Positions 30,734 to 43,329 of a stretch of DNA of 64,000 nucleotides are shown piece by piece. A program made the translations under genes and the position numbers. Source of the stretch: the human T2T-CHM13v2.0 reference genome, Homo sapiens. The notes beneath the pieces are model-generated. The model was given only the letters and a program-made list of their open reading frames with translations. It was not told the DNA's origin and did not search any database. The stretch lies in NCBI RefSeq assembly GCF_009914755.1, contig NC_060930.1. One strand, given 5' to 3'. The first letter of the stretch is position 1. Each line of letters starts with the position of its first letter.

Positions 30734-30899
30734 GGATTTCTGAATTTTTTAAAAAGTAAAAGTAAAGCAATCATTAAGTAGTTCAGATAAAAGAAAAGCA
30801 TCTTTACCTGAGTTACCCATCAGGTCTACTCTGACCCACCCTAGCTTCTCCCAGAACAAGCTTCTGGGTATCTAAAAAACTATTTTCATACTGATTTCA

Positions 30900-31763
30900 T
30901 GTAAAGTCCTCTCTACCATATGAGTCAACTAACTATGAGAACAGTCTTCTCATACATATTATATGTACATAGATTCTCACCCACAATTAAATCTCTCACT
31001 GCAGAACAGGTTTTTTGGGGCCTGATAAGACAGGAGCTTCTACCAAAGGTTTTCTCAGACTCAAGGTAAGTATGGGTTTTTTCACCTATGTGAGTTCCCT
31101 GATGTACCACAAGAGTTGATCATTGACAAGCACTCTTCATTCAGACACTTGCAGTCTTTCCTCAGATTGGGTTTTTTTTTTTGGGTGCAAACCCAAGTAA
31201 GGCTCTCCAATGAATGCTTTTGCCATACTTAAGACAAATATACAATTTTTCACCAGTATGGCTTCTCTGATGGGTAAGTCAGAGTTTTGTTAGAAGCTTT
31301 TTTCACACTTGCTGGGGCTTCTCCCCAGGGTGGGTTTTCTGAGGTCCAATGAGATGTTCATACTGTCTGCAGCACAACTGACACTGAAGGCATTTAAAAA
31401 GTTGTTCTCCGGTGTGAATTCTCTTACAACGAGAAGGGCTGAGCATTAGTAGAAAGCTCTCTCACACTCAGTGCATTTCTAAGGTTTCCCACTTGTATGA
31501 ATCCTCTTGTGAGTGATCAAATTTGAGCTCAGACGGTAAGTTTTCAAAACCTCTGGGCATCTGTAGATTTCTCGTTGGAGTGAGGATGAAGTGTTCTGTT
31601 AGGGCAGCTCTCTGGGCAAAGAATTTCTCATATTTCCAATTGCAGGCTCTCTGGTCCCCACTGAATTCTGAGCTCTGAGCAAAGTCTGAGATTTGTCCTC
31701 ATCTTAATGAGTTCTCTGATACATAAATAATTTTTAATATTGGTATTACAGCTTCTCGCCTGG
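30900..31763 (-). pseudogene. Fossil C2H2 zinc-finger array in the ZNF322 3'UTR
   Basis: Broken frames give SSNLITHKRIHTSGKP*KCTECERAF, KRIHTGEQLFKCLQC and VHQGTHIGEKTHTYLESEKTFGRSSCLIRPQK. Confidence 0.85.
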
Positions 31764-32972
31764 TCAAGACATCTGTGAGGCTTCTGACGCATGGGGAGGG
31801 CTAAGCTCAAGACCTTTTTCACTCACATTACAGACAAACGGTTTTTCACCAATGTGTACTGTCTGATGTTGAAGAAGGGCTGAACTCTGGTGGAAGCTTT
31901 TATCACATACAGTGTATTTATAGTGTAGCTCCTCTGTTTGAGTTCTCATTTTCTGTTGGGCAACAAAGTCCATTCCTAGGAGGAAGCCACTCTCACACGC
32001 AGACCACTGATGTGGTTTCTCTTCCATGTGAATTCTCTGATGTACAATAAGATCTGAGCTACAGTTAAAGCTTTTTTCATATTCAAGGCATTTAAAAGTG
32101 TGAGTGTGAGTTGCCTGGTGCCTAATTAGGTTGGCACTCCGAGTAAAACTTCTCATACATTCCAGGCATTTATACGGCTTCTCACCTGTGTGGACTCTCT
32201 GGTGCACGATAAGGTCTGATTTCTGGCCAAAGCATTTTTCACAGGCACCACACTTATAGGGCTTCTCCCCAGTATGAACTCTTTTATGTACAATGAAGGC
32301 TGAACGGTGTCGGTAACTTTTCTCACACTTATTACATTTGTAGGGCCTTTCCCCAGTGTGAGTTCTCTGGTGGCTAATAAGATCTGATTTCCCACTAAAA
32401 GCTTTTTCACACTCGAGACACTTAAATGGTTTCTCACCTGTGTGAGTTCTTCGATGCCTTATGAGGTTTGTACTTCTACTGAAGCATTTGTCACACTCAC
32501 TACATAGATATGGTTTCTCGCCAGTATGGCTTCGCTGGTGGACAAGCAGATCAGAACTCTGACCAAAATTCTTGCCACAAATGTCACATGTATAGAATTT
32601 TTTACCTGCATGTGTTCTCTGATGTCCTGAAAGCGCTAAGTGATGCCAAAAGCTCTTCTCACATTTGCTACATTTATAAGGTTTCTCGTAATTATGGATC
32701 CTCTGGTGTGAAGTAAGATCTGAGCTTTGGACAAAGGTTTTCTCACACATATCACATTTATAAGGTTTCTCCCCAGTATGGGTTCTCTCACACATAATAA
32801 GAGCTAAGTTTTCACAGAAGTTTTGCTTGCATTCAAGGCACTGGTATATATGACCATCTATCTGAATAATCTCATGCATATGAATAAAAATCTTTTTACC
32901 CTTCCGAGGGCATACATTATATATTTTCCTTTTTTGAGTTCTCTGATTACATTTCTCTTCTGAAGTGTACAT
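31764..32972 (-). CDS. ZNF322: Zinc finger protein 322 (402 aa, C2H2 array, no KRAB/SCAN domain)
   Basis: ORF MYTSEEKCNQRTQKRK...ASQMS; 8 canonical C2H2 fingers with TGEKPY-type linkers, an atypical first finger and degenerate C-terminal fingers; matches recalled human ZNF322. Confidence 0.97.
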   Translation of the reverse strand: MYTSEEKCNQRTQKRKIYNVCPRKGKKIFIHMHEIIQIDGHIYQCLECKQNFCENLALIMCERTHTGEKPYKCDMCEKTFVQSSDLTSHQRIHNYEKPYKCSKCEKSFWHHLALSGHQRTHAGKKFYTCDICGKNFGQSSDLLVHQRSHTGEKPYLCSECDKCFSRSTNLIRHRRTHTGEKPFKCLECEKAFSGKSDLISHQRTHTGERPYKCNKCEKSYRHRSAFIVHKRVHTGEKPYKCGACEKCFGQKSDLIVHQRVHTGEKPYKCLECMRSFTRSANLIRHQATHTHTFKCLEYEKSFNCSSDLIVHQRIHMEEKPHQWSACESGFLLGMDFVAQQKMRTQTEELHYKYTVCDKSFHQSSALLQHQTVHIGEKPFVCNVSEKGLELSPPHASEASQMS

Positions 32973-33067
32973 TTTCTATGGCTCTCTCCTAGGGAGTTTT
33001 CCGCTGGTCTTCTTGACCCATCGTTGCCCTCACAGTCATTTTCTTGATAAGAACTTGGAAGATACAT
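32858..33067 (-). other. Overlapping upstream ORF (69 aa, MYLPSSYQENDCEG...) out of frame with the ZNF322 CDS
   Basis: ATG at 33067-33065 inside the terminal exon (acceptor CTTTGTCTCACAG|G, exon starts 33147), stop at 32858. Confidence 0.55.
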
Positions 33068-33589
33068 CTGTTTCAGGCCTTTCAATCATGAGCCTCTACA
33101 AGTTTCCAGCATCATATATGTTAATTCCTTACTTGGTATTTCCAACCCTGTGAGACAAAGTAGAAATATTATTTATATTCCTATGACTAAGAAAAGAATT
33201 CTCAAAATTAAAATCACTGCAGAAAAGACAAACTCTGTATCAGAGTCCCTAAGTCTTCTAGGTTTTATATGGCTTGAAATCAGTTATTTACTTTTACTCT
33301 TTGCTAATATAAAACTGATCAGCAATACATATGGGAAACTGCAAGTAAGAACTCTTTTCTCTATGAATCTGGGTAATTTTAAACAAGAGCTCTTCATCTT
33401 TCCTTGCTTCAGTTGAGAAATCAAGACAAGACTAATAATTATTATGCCTGCTCATGAAGAAAGCAAATCAAAAGGGACAGTGAATGAGTATCTCTGGAGT
33501 CCTTTCTGCAGAAAGCTTGGAAGAAAGTAGTTAATGATCATTAGAATTCCCAGTGACCAGAGAGAAAAGTAAGGTTTCTATGACTCTAA

Positions 33590-33755
33590 TTCGTAGTGGT
33601 GATATCAGGCAAGTTTCTTAACCACTGTATGCCTCGTTTCCTCATCTGTAAAGTGGATTAATAATAGAAACTACCTTACACGGTTCTGTGGAATATTAAA
33701 TCGCTATGAATCTCCTGGTAAGCCCTCTGTTTTGGCTCTTACTATCACTGTTATT
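33590..33755 (+). mobile_element. MIR
   Basis: GGCAAGTTTCTTAACCACTGTATGCCTCGTTTCCTCATCTGTAAAGTGG core. Confidence 0.8.
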
Positions 33756-34099
33756 ATGACAAAGGGGCTTAAGATTCTGCTTTGATATGATTATATAAGC
33801 ACATAACTTGCTCAAAAAGAAAAATCCTGACTGATTATAGATACAAGTCTAGGCTTGGAACATAGATTTTATAACAGGCTTTTCTTTACATGGTGAAAAG
33901 TTGTAAAAAAAAGTTTTTTCCTCCTCATTCTGTGGTTTAGAGGTATGTACACATACAGAAACACCTAAAGGATCAAGTATCTTAAAAAAAAGTTAGGTTG
34001 ATACAAGAGAGTTCAGAGGGAGTAATAAGTCAATGCATTTATCAATTACCAAAAATAGACTAAAGAACAGAAATAAAAGGAAGAAAAAAAGCCATTTTC

Positions 34100-35165
34100 C
34101 ATATCCTTCACACTTAACTCTCTTCAGTGATCTTTTCATGTTTGACCCTCCCTCATACATTCAGACCCCTCGTCTGTCACCTAAAGAGTATAACCTGATA
34201 ATTTTGCTTCCTATTTTACCAAGAAAATGGAAGCAAGCAAGCAAAACAACAACACATACACAAAAACCAAAATCCTTTCCACATGCCCCCACCACATCAA
34301 CCAACCTCTTGTAAGTGTGGTCACGTACTGCATCTTTCCTTCAGCTACCAGGGATGACAAACTTCCTTGCTCAATCTAAGGATAGCCTTTCCATCTGTAT
34401 ACCCCCTTTGTTCACAAGGACATCACTCTAGCAATTCCACCCTCCCTCTCCTGCATTATCAATTTATTCCTTCCTATTGGACCATTCCAATATTATTTCT
34501 CTTCTCAAAAACAAAAGCACAATCAACAAGAAAAACCTCTCAACTGCCTCACACTCAGGCTGTTGTCCCATTTCTCTGTTCCTCTCCGCAGTAAAACGCT
34601 TTGAAATAAATAAACCTGCTCATTGTCTCCAATTCTGTCTTCCAAGGTTTCTGGAACATACTCCAATTAAACAATCAACCCTCACTACTCCACCAAAACT
34701 GCTTCTGTTAGAAACCTACAAGCTCTTAAGAAATCTGACTCGTAGTTACTACTCTGATCCATTTCTCTGCTCTTCCTCTACTTACTCATTGCACTCCAGT
34801 CACCCTGAGTCTTTGCTGTTGTTCAAACAAGCCAGACTCACTCCCATTTCAGGGTCTTTATCCTTGATATCTCTTCCTGGATGAAGGGCTCTTCCTCCAG
34901 GAATCTTCAAGGCTCTCTCTCTCACCTCATTCACATCTTTGCTCAACAGGCATATTCTCAGTGAAGTCATTTCCAACCACCCTATTCTAAACTGTACCAC
35001 ATCTCCGTCCCAGCTGACTCACAAAAACAACACTCCTCTCCTTTCCTATTTTGTTTTTCTCCATAGAATGTAAGCCTCTAAAAGATAGGGATTTTTGGCT
35101 CACTTCATTCACTATTGTTTCCCCAGCACTCAGAAAAGTGCCTGGCACAGAGTAGGCACTCAAAC
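34100..35165. mobile_element. L2 fragments
   Basis: Pyrimidine-rich L2 text ending GTGCCTGGCACAGAGTAGGCACTCAA. Confidence 0.7.
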
Positions 35166-35910
35166 CTAGAAGAGGAGTTCTTACTTGGCATCCACAGACT
35201 CCCAGGTAATTTATGAAAACTTTGACTGCAAAATGTACAGTATATGTGCACTTTTCTGGGGAGAAGGTACACGGTTTCTTAAATTATCAAAAAGGTCCAG
35301 AATCCAAGAAACTAGATATTAGATTGGAGCCTATTTGTAAAGGAAATGATATTAAAGCTCACCGAATACAGCAAATTAGTAAGTGTAATGGACCAGAACA
35401 CAAAGGAACATGTGCACTCAGAGAAAACAGGAAGTCAAAAGGATCCAAAACACATGGTACTAACATGGTTACCTCTGGGTAATGAGATGATACATAACAT
35501 TCTGTTTCATCAATTTGTTAACAACAGTTTTCTAATTTCCATTCAGCAATTTGTATGCTTTCCTTGCGAAAGGCACAGAGGCTGCTACTTTTACTCAATT
35601 TTATTGTAGTAAGTAAAAGTTATTTATAAATATAAAAAGATATACCAAGATTTCAAATGTCAACTCAGAACTGTTCTAAAACTTAAAGGGATAGGAGAAA
35701 GAACTGAATGAGGTGGGAGTAGTGCAATTTCTTCAGAGTCAAAACACAGATCCACAAGAAATGTAGTATTGTGACCACCGCGGGACATAATGGGAGAAAA
35801 ATGCACTGCAAGGCTAACAAGAATAGGGAAGTCAAAACTGAAGTAGACAAGCTAAACAAAACAGACATGTTTATGCTAAATACAGTGATTAAAATCCTAC
35901 ATTTCAAATA

Positions 35911-36920
35911 TGTGGGGGAAAGAGAGATCAGACTGTTACTGTGTCTATGTAGAAAAAGGAAGACATAAGAAACTCCATTTTGATCTGTACTCAGAAAAAT
36001 TCTTCTGCCTTGAGGTGCTGTTAATCTGTAACTCTAGCCCCAGCCCTGTGCTCGCAGAAACATGTGCAGTATTGACTCAAGGTTTAATGGATTTAGGGCT
36101 GTGCAGGATGTGCCTTGGTAAAAATGTGTTTGCAAGCAGTATGCTTGGTAAAAGTCATTGCTATTCTCCAGTCTCAAGTACCCAGGGACACAATGCACTG
36201 TGGAAGGCCGCAGGGACCTCTGCCCAAGAAAGCCTGGGTATTGTCCAAGATTTCCCCTCACTGAGACAGCCTGAGATATGGCCTCGTGGGAAGGGAAAGA
36301 TCTTACCGTCCCCTAGCCCGACACCCGTAAAGGGTCTGTGCTGAGGAGGATTAGTGAAAGAAGAAGGCCTCTTTGCAGTTGAGATAAGAGGAAGGCATCT
36401 GTCTCCTGCTCATCCCTGGGAATGGAATGTCTCGGTGTAAAACCCGATTGTACATTCTATTTACTTGGATAGGAGAAAACCGCCTTATGGCTGGAAGTGA
36501 GACATGCTGGAGGCAATACTGCTCTTCACTGCACTGAGATGTTTGTGTAAAGTCAAACATAAATCTGGCCTATGTGCACATCCAGGCACAGCACCTTTCC
36601 TTAAACTTATTTATGACACAGAGTCCTTTGCTCACATGTTTTCCTGCTGACCCTCTCCCCACCATTACCTTATAGTCCTGCCACATCCCCCTCACCAAGA
36701 TAGTGAGAGAGTGATCAATAAATACTGAGGGAACTCAGATACCAGTGCTGGTGCAGGTCCTCACTTGCTGAGCGCCGGTCCCCTGGGCCCACTTTTCTTC
36801 CTCTATATTTTGTCTCTGTCTTTGTCTCTCTTTGTCTTCTTTTCTCAGTCTCTCGTCTCCACCTTACCCACAGGACCTTGCAAGAAATACCCACAGGTGT
36901 GGAGGGGTAGGCCCCCTTCA
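35911..36920 (+). mobile_element. HERV-K(HML-2) solo LTR (LTR5, probably LTR5B), antisense in the last ZNF322 intron
   Basis: TG...CA 1010-bp element starting TGTGGGGGAAAGAGAGATCAGACTGTTACTGTGTCTATGTAG and ending GGCCCCCTTCA; AATAAA 36717-36722; 6-bp TSD CAAATA/GAAATA. Confidence 0.93.
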
Positions 36921-37219
36921 GAAATATTTGAGCATATCTCCATGATCTATGAACTGTCCTAGAAATTACTTTTTTTTGGTCCAAATTACATCTTTCAGGT
37001 GACTTTCACGGTATCACAGAACTCCTTAGACTACAAGTCCACAGTATACTCTGTCACCGTCATAATCTCAATCCTCAAAGCCTAACGTATCACAAGCATT
37101 ACTCCTATTTTCTTTTATTAAATTCAGTTTACAGAGCTAAATGGCAAGTATCTGTTTTTGCCTTATAGTCAAAGGAAGTGAGCAAAGGACTTATACTGGG
37201 GCTGGATTCCAGATCTACT

Positions 37220-37940
37220 CCACCTATCACCTGCCTCATCTCAGTTTATGGCAAGTTCATCCTTTATTTCCTCAGGCTAAAACCTTGAAGTCATCCTGCA
37301 CTCTTCTTTCTCACACCTCACAATCAAGCCATCAGCAAATTTGTTGGCTCCATTTCAAAACACATCCAGAGTCTAACCACTTCTCACCAGCTTCTGTTGT
37401 TACATTCCAGTCCAAACCACTCTTATTTCTTACTTTCACAATAGCCCAAGAGGCCCACTTGAGCTGCCCTGCTAGCCTGTCACTGCCTCTCTGACACCCT
37501 TTTATATTATTCTTCTCTTTGCATGTTCTAATCCAGCCGCAATGGCTTCCTAGCTGTTCCTCATCCAAACATACTATCCTTAGGGCCTTTGCCCTTTCTT
37601 TCTTCTGCCTACAGCTTTCTTCCTCCAGATGTGTGTATGAATTTCTCTTAATTCCTTCAAAGACTATTTTTTCAGATGTCAATTCTGAGGAAGGCCTTTC
37701 CTAACCACTCTGTTTAAAGTTGTGAATAGTCTTCATGCCCCAGCATTCACTATTCCCCTTTTCTGCTTTACTTTTCTTCATGGCACTTAAAACCTTCTAA
37801 CATACTATATAATTCACTTTATTCAGTTTATTGTCTATTGCTAAAATATGACAAGGATGTCTGTTTTATCTTTCCTTACCATATACAGTAATGCCAGGTA
37901 CAAAGTTGGTGCTTAATAAGCATCTGCTGAGTACATGTAT
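37220..37940. mobile_element. L2 fragment
   Basis: CTCAGGCTAAAACCTTGAAGTCATCCTG...GTGCTTAATAAGCATCTGCTGA. Confidence 0.7.
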
Positions 37941-38077
37941 GAATTCTCATTGAAATTCTACTTCTCTCCTTGTCTGATAAAAGGACTGAATGTCACAAAG
38001 AATGGGAGGTACTCTGATGAGATGGAGTCTGGGAAAGAGAAGGGATACTTCAAAATACTGAAGTAACTGTAGCTTAC

Positions 38078-38147
38078 CTAGAATCCAGATGGAAGAAAAC
38101 ATACATTCCTGATCCTGACAATTTGACTTCTCAAAGAAGATAGCATT
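38078..38147 (-). other. ZNF322: ZNF322 non-coding 5'UTR exon (70 bp)
   Basis: Acceptor TTGTGTTTTACAG| and donor CTAG|GTAAGC. Confidence 0.7.
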
Positions 38148-39204
38148 CTGTAAAACACAAAGACAAGGATAAAAAGCCATAAATGAGAGAATTTAGCACT
38201 AGATCATTTACACTCAAAGGATTTAACAATGGGTAAACTACAGTTAAAAAGAACAGATGGGTTTTCTTATCTAATCCCTTAAATTCAATTCTGTAGAGTC
38301 TTAAATCATCCCATATGACTCTTTAGAGAAAAGGACAATACAGAATCTATAACCCATCTGCACAATCTATAGCTTCCTTTGCAACTATAACAACATTGAA
38401 GGAAAGGGCTCCTAACACTAAATCTTGGTGGTATCTTGAAAACACGAAGGCATTATCTTCCCTACAGGAACTCAGGCTGTCCTGATCCAAAGTGTAATAG
38501 GGACTACAAAGTATTTTTGGGATTATAACAAAATTACCACCTTACCACCACTGCAACCCACGTAATCATCACAATTTTGGTAATTCAAAATTTATAACAC
38601 CCTAAGCTGATTTATATTTCAACCACAAACAACCCAGGAGGTGGTCAATTAGGGGCACAAAAAGAAGTTAGAGAGTCCACACTTAACCATTGATGTCTTT
38701 CTCTAGAAGTTTTAACCTGCCTTATCCTTAGGTTAATGGGACTTGCAGTTCCCTCAACAACCTTCCTGCTACTGAGGATCAGAAGCAAAAATGGAACTAC
38801 TTGGACCCAGGCAACATATAGGGCCATACAGCTGAGGCTCTCTATGACACTTAGCTTATAGCTGCTAGTATTAAAATGACATGTTTTATGGCTCTAGTTC
38901 CAGGTAAGATGGAGTAAATACATGTCACAGATGTCATCCCATTGAATCCAACTATGAAGTCTGGACAGAATGTATGGCCCAGTTATTTGACAACTCCAAA
39001 AAGCACATAGCATGCAAGTCAGGAAAGAGCAGAATTTTAAATGCCATTCAACCAGCAGTGATTTTATTTCTTTTTTTTCCCCCTTTTGGTCCTCTTCAGT
39101 ATGGGGCCTAAACTCAGTGTAGCCCTAAATACAGAAGTGAGGGAAGTTGTAAAACGTAATTGTCAACTGAGACTTCTCAGAAAACCTGTAAGTTTTCACA
39201 CCAT

Positions 39205-39487
39205 TTATTTATTTATCTATTTATTTATTTATTTTTATTTTAAGTTCCAGGGTACCTGTGCGGGATGTGCAGTTTTGTTACATAGGTAAACGTGTGCCTA
39301 TGTAAACATGTGCTATACCTATCAACCCATCACCTAGTTATTAAGCCCACCATGCATTAGCTATTTTTCCTGATGTTCTCCCTCCCCCCGCACCTTGCTA
39401 CAGTCCCAGTGTGTGTTGTTCCCCTCCCTGTGTCTAACTGTTCACATTGTTCAGCTCCCACTTATAAGTGAGAACATGCGGTGTTTG
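39205..39487 (-). mobile_element. 5'-truncated primate L1PA 3' end
   Basis: (TTTA)n tail plus CAGCTCCCACTTATAAGTGAGAACATGCGGTGTTTG; CACACCA.TTATTT TSD. Confidence 0.88.
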
Positions 39488-40168
39488 CACACCAATTATT
39501 TAAAATTGGCCATGGAAGTCAGTGGACAGAAAACTGACTTAAATATGAAAAAAAAAAAGGAAAATATCTCTAGAGGAAATATAAAGAATGTGGTAATAAA
39601 ACACAGTCAGAGGGGATAACAGTGGCTACAGAAATCCAAATCTCTCAACACATCCTTTAAAAGCAGTAAGAATAAGAAGAACAAATGTACTATACAAAGC
39701 CCACACTGTCACCAAATCCCATATAGCTGTCTCTCACATTCTAGCCATAAGCTATCAAGGAGAGCAAGGACAATCTGAGAATGAGAGGTAAAGAGAAGAG
39801 AGCTAGCAGTGGGCAAGACTGACCTAAAATTCATTGCCAGAAAGAAAAACCCACTCTAAGTACAAAAAACTTTATCACAGTAAGTATGTATAGAAAAAAA
39901 AAAGCCATTTAGGGTTCAATACTATCTGCAGTTTCTGGTATACACTGGGAGTCTTGGACCATATCCCCCACAAATAAGGTGGGATTACTATATTGTATTT
40001 ATGGCAGGTGAGAATTAAAGTACACTATTAAACTAAAAAACCATCTGAAGCTGAAATGGCCTTTTAGAAAAGAAAAATTTTAGAAACCCTTAAAAACCAA
40101 ATAATTAAAGGTTAAATATAAAAATTTATTTTTTTAATGAACTAAAGGCATTAAAAAAGATCTAAGTA

Positions 40169-40487
<319 letters not shown>

Positions 40488-41494
40488 TCTAAGTACAAAA
40501 GTAGCTAATATAACAAAAATCAAACATTCAAAACAGAAAGTCATGAAAGAGCTATGAAAACCTATCGTAGAAAAAAAAGTAACAAAATACAGTTATAACA
40601 ATATGACATTGTTAAAACCAAACATCAACTATATCAATAAATATAAATGAGCTTAACACACCTATTAAAAGAAAGAGATTTTCATTTTGGCTCACAAGCA
40701 AGACTTAACTATATGCTAAATACAAGAGACACCTAAAGCAAAGTGATTCAGGCAGGCTAAAAATAAGGAGGTGGGAAAAGGAACACTAGGCAAACAGAAA
40801 CAATAAAAGTAGGGCTTTTGATCCTGATATCAGGCAAAGTAGAGTTCAAGCCAAAAGCATTAAACATAATAATACTTTCTAAATTACACTAAAGTCATGG
40901 TTATCTATGTATCACATTACACAGCAGGCACATTTACAAAGGAAAAACAGAGAAACAGATACAAAGAAACAGAGATAAAAATATTAATAATAGGAAAGCT
41001 TAATATACCACTCTCAATAAAAGACATACAAACTGGACCAAGAAGTAATGATGCAGAAGGCCTAAATAACCTAATTAATAAGTAAATCTTATTTATATTA
41101 AACCGTATGTCCTGATAAGTACACATTCTTTTTAAGAACACATGAATCAGCCACAAAAATCTGTCATATATTATGTAATAAAGGAAGCATCATTATCGCA
41201 AAGAAACATTACAAGAAACAATCTGCAACAAAACTAGAAATTTATTAAAATATCAAGCGACCAAAGGTCCTTTCAAATGGGGGGAAAATAAACTGTTAAA
41301 AAACTATTCAGTAAAAGGGGCAATGAAAAAGTTAACAAAATTTTTAAGTATTCATAATTGAAAATATTATATATTACAATCTATGGGATAAATTTAAACC
41401 AGTTCATGCCTATATTTCTTTAATCAATAAAAACAGAAGAATTTAAATGAACAAGTTAAATTCTTAGATCAAAAGCTAAGAAAAAAATAAATTT

Positions 41495-41685
41495 CAATTG
41501 AGCCCAGGAGTTCAAGACCAGCCTGGGCAATATTAATGAGACCCAATTTCTATTTTAAATAAATAAGTAGGTATGGTAGCTCATACCTACAATCCCAGTG
41601 CTTTGGGAGGCCGAGGCAGTAGGATTGTTTGAACCCAGGAGTTCAAGACCAGCCTGGACAACATAGCAAGATCCTGTCTCTATTT
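41495..41685 (+). mobile_element. Two Alu monomer/FLAM fragments in tandem
   Basis: Two copies of CCCAGGAGTTCAAGACCAGCCTGG. Confidence 0.75.
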
Positions 41686-42289
41686 TGTTTTTTAATGGGA
41701 AAAAAAATCAAAATAATAACAAAAATAGATAAAAGGAGAAATCAATGAACTAGAGAACAAAAAGACAGTAAATCTAATGATAAATCAAAATCATACTTAT
41801 TTTGTAAAACTTAAAGAAACAGATAAACCACTAGGTTACTTAATTGAAAAAAAGGAAGAAAGCACACATTTACAAAATAAGAAATGACAAGGAAGAATAA
41901 CCACCGAACAGAAAAACACACATACATGAAACCACTTTGCAAATCTCTATATAAATAAATATGATTAACTATAAAATAAGGGTTTCTTTATGAAACACAA
42001 TTTATTAGAGTTGACTCCATTAAAGATATAAAGTCTTAAAACACCAATTTGCAGAGAATAAATAGAAAAAGTTATAAAGGAACCATTCCATAAAAAGCAC
42101 TAGGCCCAGATTATTTCACGAAATAATTCTATAAATCTACACAGACCAAATAAATACAATGCTTCATACATATTTTCCAGAGCACCGAAAATGAAGAACA
42201 ACTTCCTAATTCTTTTTGTGAAATAAGGATAGCACTGGTAACTAAACCTGATGAAGAGAGCATAAAAAAATTTTAATATCCAATATCGC

Positions 42290-42465
42290 TTTTTTTTTTT
42301 TTTTTAAAGAGTCGGGGTCTTGCTCTGATACCCAGGCTGGAGAGCAGTGGCACAATCATAGCCCACTGTAGCCTCAAGCTCCTAGGCTCAAGCAATTCTC
42401 CTGGCTCAGCCTCCTGAATAGCTGGGGTATAGGTACACACCACCATGCCTGGCTAACATTTTTTA
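42290..42465 (-). mobile_element. Alu right-arm fragment (FRAM/AluJ)
   Basis: Poly-T followed by the right arm only. Confidence 0.8.
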
Positions 42466-43329
42466 TGAATGTGAGAAATACTAACAAAAATCAATACCAC
42501 ATTAAGAAAATAATATACCATGACCAAGTGGAATTTTTGCAAAATTGGTTCAAAATTAGACTATCTTTCAATATGAGGAAATCCACTAAATATAATACCC
42601 CATATGAACAGACCTATGGAGAAAAATAATATATTATCTCCATAGATAGTGAAAGAACCTGCAACAGAAATCAACATCTATTCTGGATAAAAACACTCAA
42701 GAAAGTGGAAATTAATAGATATTTCCTTTTAATATGATAAAACATACATTCCTTCATCCAGTACCTTAAGTTAGAAAAACTACAATAATTTTTACTAAGA
42801 TCAGGAACAAGGCAAGTATGGCCAATACTTCTCTTTTCAATCACTGACCTGGAAGTATTAATCAATGCAATTAGAAAAATCAATTAGAGGTGTGAAAGAA
42901 GTAAAACTATCTCTATTTGGAGGTGATTTAATAGTAGAATTAGAAAACCCTACAAAGGACCAATGCTAAAACTAACTCAAATGATAAAGGAATTCAGTAT
43001 GGTAGCAGGATATAAAATTTGCCACACAGAAACCACCAGTTTTTTACATAAATATAAAGAATAACTAATTGGAACACACAATGATAGAGAACAACCTTTG
43101 TATAACAGCAGCAATATAAAACTACTTAGAAATAAATAAAACATAGCCATGCCAAATAAAGCATAGGAAAACTTCTCCCTCCTGAGACCCAAAAATAGAC
43201 TTGAATAAATGGAAGGACAGCCTTTGTTCTTGCATAGAACAATTCAACATTATGAAGATGTTCCCTCCTAAGATTTATAAACAATGCAATCTCAATAAAA
43301 ATAACAAGCTTCTTTATGAAACTAGACTA

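Noticed and set aside
31764-32972. That this is the processed paralog ZNF322P1 rather than ZNF322
   Set aside because: Splice acceptor, upstream exons, introns and a CpG promoter are present; there is no poly(A) tail or TSD.
35910-36984. HERV-K provirus or a 144-aa LTR-encoded protein
   Set aside because: Only a solo LTR with TSD; no PBS, gag, pol or env, and the ORF is incidental.
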